Source of the DNA: Mytilus californianus
Taxonomy: Eukaryota
Direction: 5' to 3'
NCBI RefSeq assembly: GCF_021869535.1
Contig: NW_026262690.1
Span: 82,770,001 to 82,834,000, forward strand
Length of the DNA stretch: 64,000 nt
Shown here: one piece after another, positions 26,801 to 40,543 of the stretch
Layout of the letters: each line of letters opens with the position of its first letter
Numbering within the stretch: the first letter of the stretch is position 1
Translations under genes and position numbers: made by a program
The notes under the pieces: generated by a model
Databases searched by the model: none
The model's input: only the letters and a program-made list of their open reading frames with translations
Told to the model about the DNA's origin: nothing

Positions 26801-28701
26801 TGTTAACTTCTGAATTAGTGTTCGAAAGGTCAGTTAATTTCAAGAAAAAAAAAACACAAAACAATGATCTGCGGACAAACATATCCACAAAACAAAACAT
26901 GGAAACGCAAGTATGTTAAACATGGACAGGATAACAAATGTGCTTTGCATTGTTTTTCTCCATGATCTATTTCCGTTTACAAAGAGAAATAGGCCAGTTA
27001 TACCTGAATTTGTTTCATACTGGGGCCATTTAAAAAAAAAACAAATCAGAGCGCCATGAGTATTCTTCTAGCTTTTGACAAAATTATGCTTATTTTAAAA
27101 TAGTTACTTAAACTATACACGCCGGAAGATAGCCAAAAGCTGCAATTTTAGCATATTTTGACAAACTTTGAGTATTGATCCAAAACGTATAAGCCCATTC
27201 TTAACTTAAAGCAAAATTTCTTTTGAAAGTATAATAAATAGTGTCGTCCAGACACAACATTATTAATTTTGGAAAGCGAAGTCCATCGGTGTAAAACTTA
27301 ACAATACCATGTAAAATTTGCATTTTAACAAAATGCCTTCAACTGCAACTCTGAATGACATTTAAAATATGCAGATATGTAAAATGGTTGAAATTGTTCA
27401 ATAATATATGATATAGGCATCCTCTTTCATACTCAATTTTAAGTAAGATTTGAAGACTTTTAGTGTATGAGCCTGTGAGAAAGCCAATGCAGTCAGGAGC
27501 CTGAAATTCAGTGGTTCTCGTTTTTCTCTGTCTATTATATTTGTTTTTCGATTATTGATTTGCACATAAATGGGGCCGTTGTGTATCTCGTTTGAATTGT
27601 TTTACATTTTGTCCAATGGGAACCTATTATAGCTTACTATATGGTATGAGGTTTTTCTCATTGTTGAAGGCCGTACGATGACATATACATCGCTTAAATT
27701 TCCGTTATTTTGGTATTGATGGATAGTTGTCTCATTGGCAATCCTACCACATCTTCTTATTTTTTATACAGAGGAATTTAACCCGACATCTTTGTATTCA
27801 ACAAAAGTTTTTGAATAACCTTTTGCACACCAGAATGATGATTGACAGTAGCTTTTTTTTGTCCTTTTCACTTTTGAAAGTCTGTGTAAACTTGTTCAAC
27901 CACATAAAAAAAGGTGACAGCTAAATACACATATTTTACTTTGTTAGATCTAAGTAGTCATAGTTGCTTACTTCTGCGTCATTTGGTCTCTGGTGAGGAG
28001 TTGTCTCATTGGCAATCATACCACGTCTCCCTATTTTTATATAGAAGTAGGTTCTGTGGAAATATTGCAAATTTTGTCCATCCCATGAACGATTGAAACT
28101 TAAAAAATAAACCCACAGGGTTATTTGTTATCTATGTCAATTAAAAGTTTAATTAAAATATAATTTACATGGCACCAGCTTTTTATAGCATGCGTCAAGA
28201 TGTCTTGTAGGCAAAAATTTCTTCACGTTTGTTATATCATAACGACATAAATTCAGTTTCAAGGAAAATTTTCCATTTGAACCCCTCTTTATTGCGGAAT
28301 AATAATAGTCATAAATAAAATGGGGGGTCAAATTAATAAATTGTGATATTCTCCAATATTTAAAAACAACTGACTTATATAATAGGATATAGAAATAGAG
28401 TTGTCTTTTGGGAATATGACTAATATTGGTCGCCCAATATCTGTCTAATCAATATTAAATGGATATGATTAGACAGAAATGTGTCGTTACTTTAAACATT
28501 CCCCAAAAGTCGTCCCTAAAATCGTATTGATTTCGCTATTTTCAATTGTCAATGTAAACAAACAATGCAAAATGATAAATACAACCATCAATGCATTTAA
28601 ACATAGTTTTGCAAGTAATTTATGATTGAGCCTTGTTTTGAGCCACACCGTAGTAGTTCTGAAATATTTCTGCAATAATTAACTAATTTGATTTTTTTTA
28701 G

Positions 28702-28748
28702 CTTCAATGGATTCAGATTGGTACATACCAGACCCAGAAACAAAATAG
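28702..28748 (+). CDS. Candidate alternative terminal exon of the ANK-ZU5 gene (xSMDSDWYIPDPETK*)
   Basis: Strong ttttttttag acceptor at 28701. Phase-1 compatible with donors T|GTAAGT (26105) and G|GTAAGA (26147). No homology support. Confidence 0.35.
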
Positions 28749-31700
28749 TACCCATGGTTTAACCTTTGGTACAAAGAAATACTTTCTTGAGACATTTTAC
28801 ATGCTGTTAATTGTCAGGGTGAACTGGCGGATATTTATTACATGGGTAGAGATAGAAGGTAGACATCGGCAGTTCTCTTGTAATATCAAAGTGTTTTGTA
28901 TAATTTAATGAATTATATATTGATTGCTGATCTTTTGAATTCTCTATTTAATTTATTTGTAATTTTCTAGACTCATAGGGATTTAAATCTTGACATATTG
29001 TAAATACACTTACATCATGTTGCCATTAAATATAATTTGATATCACGCATTTATCTTGATGTATCATGAAATAAGGCCACCCCTCCTCCCCCTCTGAATT
29101 ATTGAACGCTGTCATTTTGCAATATTCATAACATCATGCAGTGTATATTAGATCCACCTTTTGTGTGTCCCATTGACTTATAACCCACATTGAATTTGAT
29201 TTATGTGCAATGAATTGTTAACGTCTTTAAAAAGGCGTTAACGTCCAGTCTCAACTATTTCATCCATATTCAGAACTACTTTAACTTCAAAGTTCACGGA
29301 GTCATCAAATGAAAATTACGCATATTACCAGGACATATGCCGTTTTCGTAATCACTTAGCAACTTTTGACTCCCCTCATTCGACGGAGTGAGCACAGGCA
29401 TACACACATGTATGGGAAGGGATATTCAAAAGGAAGTCTTTGCATGTGTTTTTTTTTACGCTGTCTCTGCAATTATTTTTGTCTGCGTAGAGCGTAGAAG
29501 TTTGTTTTGATGCTATATCAACGTGTTTTGATGTTGGGAGTAACATATATAACAGCAGTGGTTTTCTTTGATTGCGGTTTTTCATGGTTTGGTTTTTCTT
29601 TCATATAAATAGAAATTAGGTCGTTGGTTTTCACTTTGAAATCGTTTTACATTTTGGTATCCCGCTGCTTACTATACGGTACATGTTTTGGTCATTACAT
29701 GAGGCCATACGGTGACGTGTAATCCTTAATTTGTCTTTTGGTGTTAGGTGAAAAAATGTCTTATTACTAATGATACCAAATCTCCTTATTTTTTTACAAC
29801 TGTCCAAATATAATCAAGGCGATGCAGAGCTTGAAATATAATGAAGGTGCTTTGACGAATAGGTTTCTGAATAAATATGGCTTTTTCATATAAACTAGTT
29901 AAATCAACATTGCTGTGTCTGAACAACGATGCTTTCTGGACAAAACCAAATGTATTTACAGTTTAAGCATAAAAACCAGAAATACGACAAAACTGAACTG
30001 AATTATGAAGAATTTAATTGACCCAGGACAATTTAGAGCTTGACGCATTGTATAGACATCTGTCTGTTGTTGAACACAGCATTTTGAGCTCTATATGTTT
30101 TCTGGTTTATTTGTGTCGTTAAGCTGTTGTCACATAGACGTATATAAAACATCTCATTTTACACGTGACAATCGTAGTTGTGTATTCCATTTTAAAAAAA
30201 AACATTGGAGCACGTTTTAATCGAACGTGAGAATATATTGGTAAATCAAGTTCAACATCAACCATCCTGAACCCATATTTTTTGTTAAACAAATTACGTA
30301 ATTTGGTTTGCAGCAATTCATATTAAAAAGATATAACCTGCATTACTAAATAAATACATGACGAAAATTAAATTTTATAATTCAGTTTTAATACTAGACA
30401 CATGTAAGAGTGCATCTTATTGCACTTGAGCGTATGAATACAATGTAATACTGAAAGGTGTATATGAATTCATGTGCAAAAGCAAAGATGTAAAAACAAT
30501 ATATATATATCGCATAAAATGAGCAATAGCTTAAAGTATTTATAATACTGATAAATAATGAAATGTTTTCTTCTTTTGATTTTTAGATGTCATTCGTTTG
30601 TCTCTATCTCGTTCATTGTTCTCTATATCTGTAGCACACTTTTGTCTGAAATAAAGAAATTGAAAAAATTAGCATTAAAAAATATGCATTATGTGATAAT
30701 ATATCTGTACACAACATGTATAAGTAAATAGTGTTTTGTTCGCCATTATGTGTGTTACTGTTACATTGTATTTAAAAAACTTAAAATCTAAAAAAAAAAG
30801 CATAAGGGAGACGCCGATTTTAAATAATGTAACAAGACAGGGTGATTAAACAAAATTAAGATAGAAAATTGATACCGCTGTTGCATAGGTTTTACCATCT
30901 AAAATTTAAAATATAAATAAAAGCTTTATTTTAAGAAGTTTGAATGATTGTTTGTTGATTTACGTCCAGTGGCAAGACTAATCTGGAGAAATTATCGATT
31001 TAACGTTAAAAAAATAATGTACAAGAACTGATATTTTTTTTTTGAAACTGCGCATATAAACTCCTTCTCCCTTGTTTACTTTAAACTATCGCGACAAATT
31101 CCTTTTCTCGTCTGAACGAGATCTCTTCACGCGTGTATTCGTGCTGTTATTTACAATAAGAGTCATTACAAACATTAAACACGTACATTGCTATAGTATG
31201 TTATAGGTATGACATGAAGTTAAATGCTACATCGAAGCCAAACAAATAACGAAAAAATAAGCAGCTATATTTACATGCAATTAAGCCTGTTATCCTGAAT
31301 TTCAACAATGGTTAAAGCTAGCTTTACTTTAAGTTTTTTTTTTAAGTTTAAGCATATATATATTTGATATTCTTGATTTACTGCGATCAGAGAAAGACAG
31401 ATGATGGAGCAGAATGAAAGCTAACATTCAACGTATAAGCTAAAGATTTTAATTTATTAGTTACGTTGTGTATTGCAATTTCAAATTTACTTGTTTTCAT
31501 GTGACCTTGTTCTATGTATGTTTTATTATTATAATAATTAGTTTTAAATAAACTTATGACATAAATGTATTTTAAGTTGATCATTCTCTTGTTAGGTTAT
31601 TTAAAGCTATATTTACAAAATATTTAATTTGTAAGTCCTCTAAAAAAACTACACATATAAGCGTTTCTGAACAATTACATGGTAAACATATAAATAGGAG

Positions 31701-33288
31701 CAACTATTTTATTCTAACTAGTCTATCTGGGAATAACTATAATGTGTTTAATCTGTGAAAAAATATGCAATCTTGTTGGTTTCAATCAAGTCCTTTCGAA
31801 AATGTTTCGGATTAAAATGAAGTGCGACGCGAATGACGAAGACAGAAGTGGTCCATAAATGTCGTTACTGCTTCGTTTCTGGCATATTGACCTTCTCTTT
31901 ATAGAAAAGAAGGGAGATGCTGTATCAAATCCACACAGGCGTCAAAAACACAACGCAGAGTACTAGTGCCTAAGTTTAAGGCTTATGTAACTGTGGTCTC
32001 ATAAGTGAAGTTTTCGCTTGAATTGTTCTACTTTTTGTCTTACCTTACTGTTTGGGATTTGCTCATTGTTGACGACCGTGCGGTAACCTATAGATGCTTA
32101 CATCTACGTCATTTGGTCTTTTATGGATATTAGTCCCATTGGTAGTCATATCATATATTCTTATTTGTTTTATATTGTTTATGTTAGGTCGTATTGTGAC
32201 CACTGAATACTGATTTTTTTCTTTACTGTGTTGTTGACGCAAGGACTCTGTGTTTTCCTTCATTTATATATAATTCCTATAAAGGTGTATTCGCGATTCA
32301 ATTCGATTTTTGTCAACGGTAAATGTCATTCTTTATCCTGTATAACAAGTATGTGAAGAAACAATTGTTTAACTAAGTGACGTCAAGATTTTTCTGTTCG
32401 GATATCACGCTACTACAAATTTAAATTTATGAAACATAATTCTAGAAAATGACTATACTTAGGAATTGCATTATATCTACAAGGTTAGTTTCACTATAAG
32501 CTTAAAGACAATAGTTAATTATACATTTAAGCATTGGAAGCATCTTACCATGATACTACTAAATCAGAAAACCTAAAATTTCAAAAGTAATAATACAATA
32601 TACTGATATTGACAAAAAGTATAATAGTCAATATTTATATTTCACCTCAAGATAATCATAACGATTTAATAATTACATAATAAATCATTGAAATAAATTC
32701 TCCTTTTGTACGTGATAAATTTTATCTTAATTTTACCGAGAACTATTCAAAAAAAGGGCCGGGTGTTAAAAGTTGAAGAGGTACATGTAGGGCCAATTAA
32801 CTTGTTTCACATGGTGTCACAAGGGCAATTTTCAAAAAATCTTCTAATCATTACCAAAATAGTTAGCAACTTGTGTTTACCATGAGGTTCTAACAGCATA
32901 ATTGCACTTTTCTGAACGTGTAACAAAGACTGTTCTTAAATGAAAACTTTAACAAAACTTGTGACATGAGCAAAAAAAATTGCGAAATTGCATAAAACTG
33001 TCTTAAACAACATTTTTGGCACTCGGAATATCAATTTGATTGGATGGATAAATGTAACATTATTGTTAAATCAATTATCTTTAATGTGAAAATTTTAAAT
33101 CTACATGTACGCAAGTTTAAACACCTTTTGGATTTTTACACTGTGAGTGAAAGAAAATAGTTGGATTCGGACCTACATCTTCCTCAGATGGAACTCCGCC
33201 GGTAATTTAAGGTTATGTCGTCGCAATCAAACTGATTTACTTGACCATTTTGAAAAGCTATTGATACTATTATAATAGAATTAAAGGG

Positions 33289-33435
33289 CAGGGGCGGATC
33301 CAGCCTTTTTTAAAAGGGGGGTTTCCAACCCAGGATAAAGGGGGGGTTCCAACTATATGTCCCCATTCAAATTCATTTATCGTCCATAAAAGGGGGGTTC
33401 CAACTCCCGGACCCCCCTCCCTGGATCCGCCACTG
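33289..33435. mobile_element. 147-bp MITE
   Basis: TIRs CAG(G/T)GGCGGATCCAG; AAGGG present on both flanks (33284-33288 and 33436-33440). Confidence 0.85.
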
Positions 33436-34501
33436 AAGGGGTTGCCCGTAAATGGTTTCTTGTGTTATCCTTATTGTACATCAATTTAATACATATATTT
33501 AACTATAAGTATAACAATTCATTTTCAGCAATAACTGTCTGGTTATAATTTTAAAGTACAGTTTTTAATTAGACAATAATTCGTATTCTAAATTGTTATT
33601 TACACATTATGAATCTCAATTCTAAGAGATATATCTTAAAACTGGAATACTACGTCAAAAAATTATGTACGAAATGTACATGCATGCTGCATATTTAAGA
33701 ATAAGATCAAAAATATTTAAGATTTTTTCTACATTTCGAACAATGCTTATGCTTACCCGACACCATACTCAGCTGTTTAATAACGTTTAACAAAACAGCT
33801 CAATCTAATTATGATAAATGAAGAAATTCTAGCATATCAGTATTCAGATAATCTGCTTTCGACATATTTTTCTTAATTATAAATCGACCAGTCTGTGTAA
33901 AATTTCCAAATCAGAACACAGGACATATTCTATCAATCATATAGTATACATAGCAAATAAAATTATTGTACGGATGCCAGGTAAAACAAATTATGTCAAT
34001 AAATGATTTATTAAATAATTGATCAATAGATCAACCATTTACATGTGTTTAATCAATAAAACAGGGTTGATAAATTGTGGCATGTTCACACAATTCAAAT
34101 TTGGCAAACATTTAGGGTCTGCTATGTTTTCAACACCTTCTATGTTTAATCTTGTATCATTATCATATTTTTTAATTGTTTATTATATATGTAATATATA
34201 TGTGCAGTAAAATAATTAGTAGTATAGTGATTTAAGACTGTACTATATTCGTACTTTTTTTTATTGCTGAGACTATGATACATATGATATTTCAAGGCAT
34301 TCAATTAGGCTTTTGTCAAATATCATGGTTCTTTTTGGTGTAGGGTATAAATTTGTTTCAGAGATATTGCAATATGAATTCACTTCAACAACATTTATAA
34401 TATTAAGACCGGGAAGTGAAAATATGCACGCAAAGAAGTTATCAGACCTTACATTGACGATAAACATTGCCATACAACAATAATATATTTGAAAATCTTA
34501 C

Positions 34502-34730
34502 TTTGTTCCCTGTAATGTTTTCTTTCTCTATGTGTGGGAGCATTTATCTCAAATGTACAACGTGGCTGATATCCAGGTTTGTGTTCATCAAATGCCGTGC
34601 TTGTAAATTGATCCCCATGGTGTTTCCTTTCTGTTCGACACCAGCTCTGCTCTTTTTTCATTTCCACGGCACACCATGATTCCCTTGCTTCTCCAATAGC
34701 CCTAGCATCAGTTGGAGATAGTTTCGACAT
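34502..34730 (-). CDS. SPATA45: SPATA45-like (spermatogenesis-associated 45; sperm microtubule inner protein), main coding exon. Short last exon unresolved (candidate 31896-31865, KVNMPETKQ*)
   Basis: MSKLSPTDARAIGEARESWCAVEMKKEQSWCRTERKHH...APTHRERKHYREQ ends at donor A|GTAAGA (229 nt, phase 1). The motifs RESxCxVE, RxxK(R)H and C-terminal HxERKH(F/Y) match SPATA45 as I recall it. Confidence 0.65.
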
Positions 34731-34785
34731 TTTGCAACTAACACATGTAACCTAACAACGATCAATGACGCTATAACGTTCCGCT

Positions 34786-34798
34786 GTTGCCAAGTAAT
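34786..34798. promoter_or_regulatory. Near-consensus RFX X-box upstream of the SPATA45-like ATG
   Basis: GTTGCC-A-AGTAAT versus consensus GTNRCC(N0-3)RGYAAC (one mismatch), 56 bp upstream of the ATG at 34730. Confidence 0.5.
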
Positions 34799-34856
34799 AA
34801 ACAAAGGCAGAAACTAAAAGTAATTGATAATTTAACTCAATCGTACTTGAAAATAC

Positions 34857-35242
34857 GTATTGATTACTTATAAATGACAATTAATTTCATTTAACTATCA
34901 TTGTCCACTTAACTTATATCAAATTTAAATGGAACTATATAACAATGCGAATTAATTTCTGGTTTCGTTTAAAATCAAGTCCGGATCGAAGCTTATTTTC
35001 CGACTTTAAAATGTTATTTATCAGTAAAATTTTAAATGTCCGGTAATTTAAGTATTGATTACTTATAAATGACAATTAATTTCATTTAACTATCATTGTC
35101 TACTTAACTTAAATTAAATTTAAATGGAACTATATACAATTCGAATTAATTTCTGGTTTCGTTTTAAATCAAGTCCGGATCGAAGTTTTATTTTCCGAAT
35201 TTAGTATAATGTTATTTTTTTATTACATATGTCCGGTAATTT
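34857..35242. repeat. 195-bp tandem duplication upstream of the SPATA45-like gene
   Basis: GTATTGATTACTTATAAATGACAATTAATTTC at 34857 and 35052. Confidence 0.92.
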
Positions 35243-37321
35243 TTGTTTAAAGATTTGTTTACATTCCACGGAGCAGTATTTTATGTTGGCCTTGTCCAAT
35301 TTTAAAAAGGAAAAATATAGGACTTTAAAATTTATTCTGACTTTCATTATGATGAACCAATTGCAAGTTAAAATCAACATCACTTCGAATAAAATTTAAG
35401 ATAATATATGGAAATTCAAGTTAAGTTGCATATTTTTTTTTATTTTTGTGTTCATCCAGAACGTTATATATTGATCAGCGAAAAAGTTACTTATAATAAT
35501 GATTACAGATTATCTTCACTTAATCACGCTTTGCGGGTACGCGAGACTTTAAGGGAATGGCCAATCACCATCACCACCTTTCTCCTTGTTCCACGGCAGA
35601 TGAAACATCGAACTGTCTTGGAATTTCATTAATTATACGAATGATACTGACTTTTCTTGAATGCACGTATTTGGATTCGTTGCCGAATGAGAGCAGCGAA
35701 CCAGCAGTAAAATGCAAATCAGTGTGTTCAAGGGGCTGGTGTTTTACAATATCATTATTGATTATGAATGTTATTGATAAATAAAAGAGAAAAAAAGAAA
35801 GCCATTGCAAAGTTGGTGGAGTTGATTTCACGATGCCAGTCGGACGAAATTAAAAATTGTGAAGTCGTCAAACTAAAAAAAATTCAAGAAGTTATCAAAG
35901 CCGTTATGGGGATTTTCCTATGCAGATTAATAAAAAGAGATGTGGGATATGCGTTATTAAACCGACAGCAACCCAACAACGTTGAGTTACAGTCCTCAGT
36001 TAGGGTTCCCCACAAGAAATATATAGACCATCTTTTTTGTTACATATATGCCTTTGGTATGAATTAATTAAAGGCATGATTTGTAAAATGTTTTTCTCTA
36101 ATATCACGAAATGCCATGCAGTTTAAATTTTCTGACACTACAAAAAAAGGAAAAGAAAAAACCCAATATAATCGGTTATTCAATGGTTAAAATGCGATTT
36201 CTTCACAGAAATATCCAAATTTACATACAGATTTGAATGTTAAAAACAACATCATTATGTGATCTGCATCATTTTAAAGATGACAAATATTTGAAATAGA
36301 AATAACATATTCGAAGAGTGATTAACTAAGTTATCTTTGGCTACTTGTTTCTCTGGAGCCTTTGCCCTTACGGGGAAGTTTTAAATCAGATAGATTTTGG
36401 ACTTGTAAATATCTGGACCACAAATCAAACTGATCAAAACGGGAACTCTGATATCTATTTTATAGAGAGAGAAAAAACATATGCAATACCAATATATTTT
36501 ACTAGTATTCAAAGGTAAAACGCATTTATTTAACTGATATTGATTCTTTTCTTTTTAAGAATAGTTTGTAGGAAACTTTTCTGAGTGTACATTGAACGAG
36601 ATAACCATGCTTATAGTTTGGAGCACATTTGCGTGTGGACATGATATCCTTTGGGTCCCCCATGAGTGGGAGTACTCCGAATGACCCACCCCATCCGCTC
36701 CTCCCACCCCACCCAGCCCCCACTACATGTATAGTAAAATTATGATTTATTTTTTATCGAACTTTTATGTATATTGACAGACATCATTTGGTATATAAGC
36801 TTGACGACTGATATATACACGGGTTTAAGGGGTCATTCGGAGTACTCACACTAAGGTGCACATAAACGGTATCCTATCCACGTGTACTTTTGGTTTGCAC
36901 TGGATGAGCATAAGACATAAATCCCATGAAATACAGTTGGAAACCAACACGACGCCTTCGATGTTGATTTTTGTGTCTACTACTTGACAGCTACTTCAAC
37001 AATAAGGTAAAGAACCAATGTATGTCAGACAGACGGTCCCAAAAATGCACTTCGGTCAAATTTTAAATTTTAATTCATCGACATACCTTTGCGATTTTTT
37101 ACAACTGATCACACAGTTTCCTTCTGTATTTTATTCCAACAATGTTTTAAAGAGTTTATATCAAATGAATAAATAAACACTCTGAACACGAACAAAGACT
37201 TTTTTTATTTCATATTAGTCCCTTACCCGTGCTGCTCATATAGGAATTAATCAATTGGTTTGGCGTCTTCTGTTGCAGAATTAAACTTTTTTTAACCTAA
37301 TCCTAATTCGAATAGTCAGTG

Positions 37322-40300
37322 TTACAAATTTAATTCCATTTCACGCGGAACGGAGAACACGATTTTTTCTCTCCTGAAAATTACAGATGAAAGACTGTTA
37401 GTCTATATATGGCACTGATGACAATATAAGTTTATCACTTATGGCTTATGCCACTTAGGAAAGCTATAACATGATGTTAGAATATACAAATGAAAACCAC
37501 ATTCCTGATGAAAAATGGAACTTTTTTAAATTTTGTTAGGTCTAACACACCGAAGAATAAAATCCTCTGATAATACTGTCACATCGTGGATAACTCGAAA
37601 ATTGTCTCTGTTTTTCTTAATGTCTGTTGCAATTTCTAAACAGCTTTGCACGACTGGCACATCCTAAAATGAAAAAAAAAATGAGTAACGGTTCAAGTTA
37701 AAGTAAAATCTAACATAAGACTTTGAAAGCACTTATATGATAGTCATTCAAATCAGTATGGAAAGAAATAAAGTAAATCTAATAACATAATGAAAAAAGC
37801 AATAGGAAACGAATGGAAGAAATGAAAATAAACTAATACATTTAGTACACTAACTAGATTGCACTAAGAACAAATTATTTCATTTTCTCAATATTATCGC
37901 ATATTTTCCTTTAGATTTTTAAGGAGGAGCAATGCAACATCGTCTGAATCTATTTCATCCACAGGATTTAACTGGAGTAACAGACATTTGTTACCCTTTC
38001 GGAGCACCTGAGGGTAGTCAACCACGGTTTTTGGTTGAGGTTATAATTACTTGATATTTAGTTTTGTTGACTGTTGTTTGGTCGAATATTTTTATTTTGG
38101 TTAATGTGTTATATCCTGTATGTCTTTCTTCTGCATATTGTTTTGATATCTACCTTGGTGTCAACACGATCTATTATACCATATGATTTTATATATTAAA
38201 TTCAAATCTTCAAAATTTAAAAAAAAGATAGAAGCAATTTTTCCTGTACTGAATTCTTTAATTTATTTCTACGTCTTCAGAAGCGTCATATATATATGTT
38301 TACTTTTATAAATTTTGACTTAGATGGAGAGTTGTCTCATTGGCACTCATACCACATCTTCTTATATCTATATAGATATAATGCAGAGATGACATTTTAC
38401 CTGAAGTTCAAGGCGGTCTATGGCACTAGTATAGTTTTCTTTTATCGCGACAAGAAGTTCTAAAGCTCCACGTGTGGTAATCGAATTGTAATTCACCTGT
38501 AAATTGAAAAAAGATTACCAAATAAACATTTCGTAGTGTCGTCATTATCTTGTTGTGATGAACTGTCTTGGAGGTTTTTCGAGAAGCAACTTAACTGAAT
38601 ACTTTAAATGAGAATAACACTTCATGAATTTCGTGCGTCCGAAGCGTTTTCGTATTTTTCTGTATTTACCTTCATTAAGAACCCTCGGAACTTTTAAAAG
38701 TTTATAGAGATATGAAAATGAAGCACTATGAATTATAAAATTGGTCAAACTGATTTATTTGTTGTTGGTTGCTTAACGTCAAGTGACAAATATTTCACCA
38801 ATGTTCAGGACGAGAACACATTAATCAAATTCATTTTAGTAAAAACATAGTTGGTTTCTTTGCCCAGAGAGTATATTTGAAAATAGAAATAAATAGAGCT
38901 GCCTGCTATACAAAAGTAAGTGCAAGTTAATGATATCGGCCGTTTTGTTCTTAAATACCCGGTATTAATTACCAATTACCTTTAAGCATGTCAATGTATT
39001 ATTAAGAACTAAAGCTTTGGCAAGATTGTGGCATCCTTCATATCCAATTCTATTACTGGACAAATCTAAAGTCTCAAGACAAGAATTTGACGCTATTGCT
39101 CTCCCTACAGCTTCACAACCCAAGTCTGCAAAACCATTCCAGGACACATTCAGATGTTTTAATGATTCATTATTCTAGAAGAAAACAAAAAATAAAGAAG
39201 TGCCCGGCTGTATCTCAATCCAAAAAGCAAGAAAAAATGTTGTCACTACCGTAAATGTTTTACCCCGCCACATTCTGTATGTGCCTGTCCAAAGCTAAGA
39301 GCATGTAATTCAGTGATTGCCGTTTGTTGCTGTATATCATATTTGTTTTACGTTTATTGTTTTGTATATAAATCGGTCCGTTAGTTTCCTCGTTTGAATT
39401 GTTTTACATTTTTCATTTCGATGTCTTTTATAGCTTACTATGCGGTATGGGTTTTGCTCATTGTTGAAGGCCGTACGGTGACCTATAGTTGTTCTACGTC
39501 ATTTGGTCTCTGGTGGAGTGTTGTCACATGTCCAATCATACCACATGTTCTTATTTTTATATTTACAAAAAAAATCCTACCTGTAAACTATTTCCGATGG
39601 CAACAGCGCCATAGAGTCTCAGTTGGTTCCAACTTAAATCTAAATCTTGTAAATATTCGTTGTTTTCTAAATTATAAAACGAATTATAATGATTCAATGC
39701 TTCAAAATTACAAATTATACATTTGAAGGTTTACACATCGTATTTAAGTTAGAGTATCGGGAGAGAGAGAAAAAAGGAAGATACCATGTGACAATTAAAA
39801 AGCATAAGTCACAGAAAGGCCGATAATACCATGGTCAAAAAGAAAAACAAGACGATGAGACAAACAACAAAACACAAACACTACATAGACAACTAACGAT
39901 CAAGCTATACGAAACCAAGCACGGAAAGAACGCAAGTGCTCTGGAAACGTCAGACGTTCCCGCTCCACTAATGAAATCAATTAAAAAGTTGTGGCTAAGA
40001 TGCAATTGGGTTAGGCTTTAATAAAAATATCTTTTTATTTAAGACGTTTTTGTTTCATGTCTTAAACATTGGCCTTTTTTTTATCTTTTTTAAATTGTCT
40101 GTGTTCAAGCAACATACCTAATGCCTCTGCAAGCAGCGATCCTCCTTGCTCCTGGATATTGTTGTCACTTAAAATTAACTGACGTAGATTTGTATTTTGC
40201 TGTAAAAAAATAAGTCATAGAACAGCTGCTAGGTGAGTATTATGTCATTAAAAATATAAACCATCGTGAGAATACACGTACTTTGGGGACAGACATTTTG

Positions 40301-40472
40301 TGTTGCCCTCCCCCTATTTTTCTCAAATCCGTTATTTTTTAATTTCTATTATTTTCGTGTTTTTTGTTTGTGTTAAACTAACATACATATACTAGAATAT
40401 TTTTTTTAATTTGCTAGTTTACTATCCACAGCGGTCACTGACAATTAAATATAAAAGCCATGGAGTGACCTC

Positions 40473-40543
<71 letters not shown>

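Noticed and set aside
26218-31800. Death-domain exons downstream of the ANK-ZU5 gene
   Set aside because: I scanned + strand acceptors by eye and found no open segment long enough or helical-bundle-like.
35460-36067. Cluster of overlapping ORFs between SPATA45 and LRRC74
   Set aside because: None has domain-like features or consistent splice phases; left unannotated.
36780-37010. Possible + strand exon ending AAG|GTAAAG
   Set aside because: All frames are interrupted by stops and no partner exon was found; could be non-coding.
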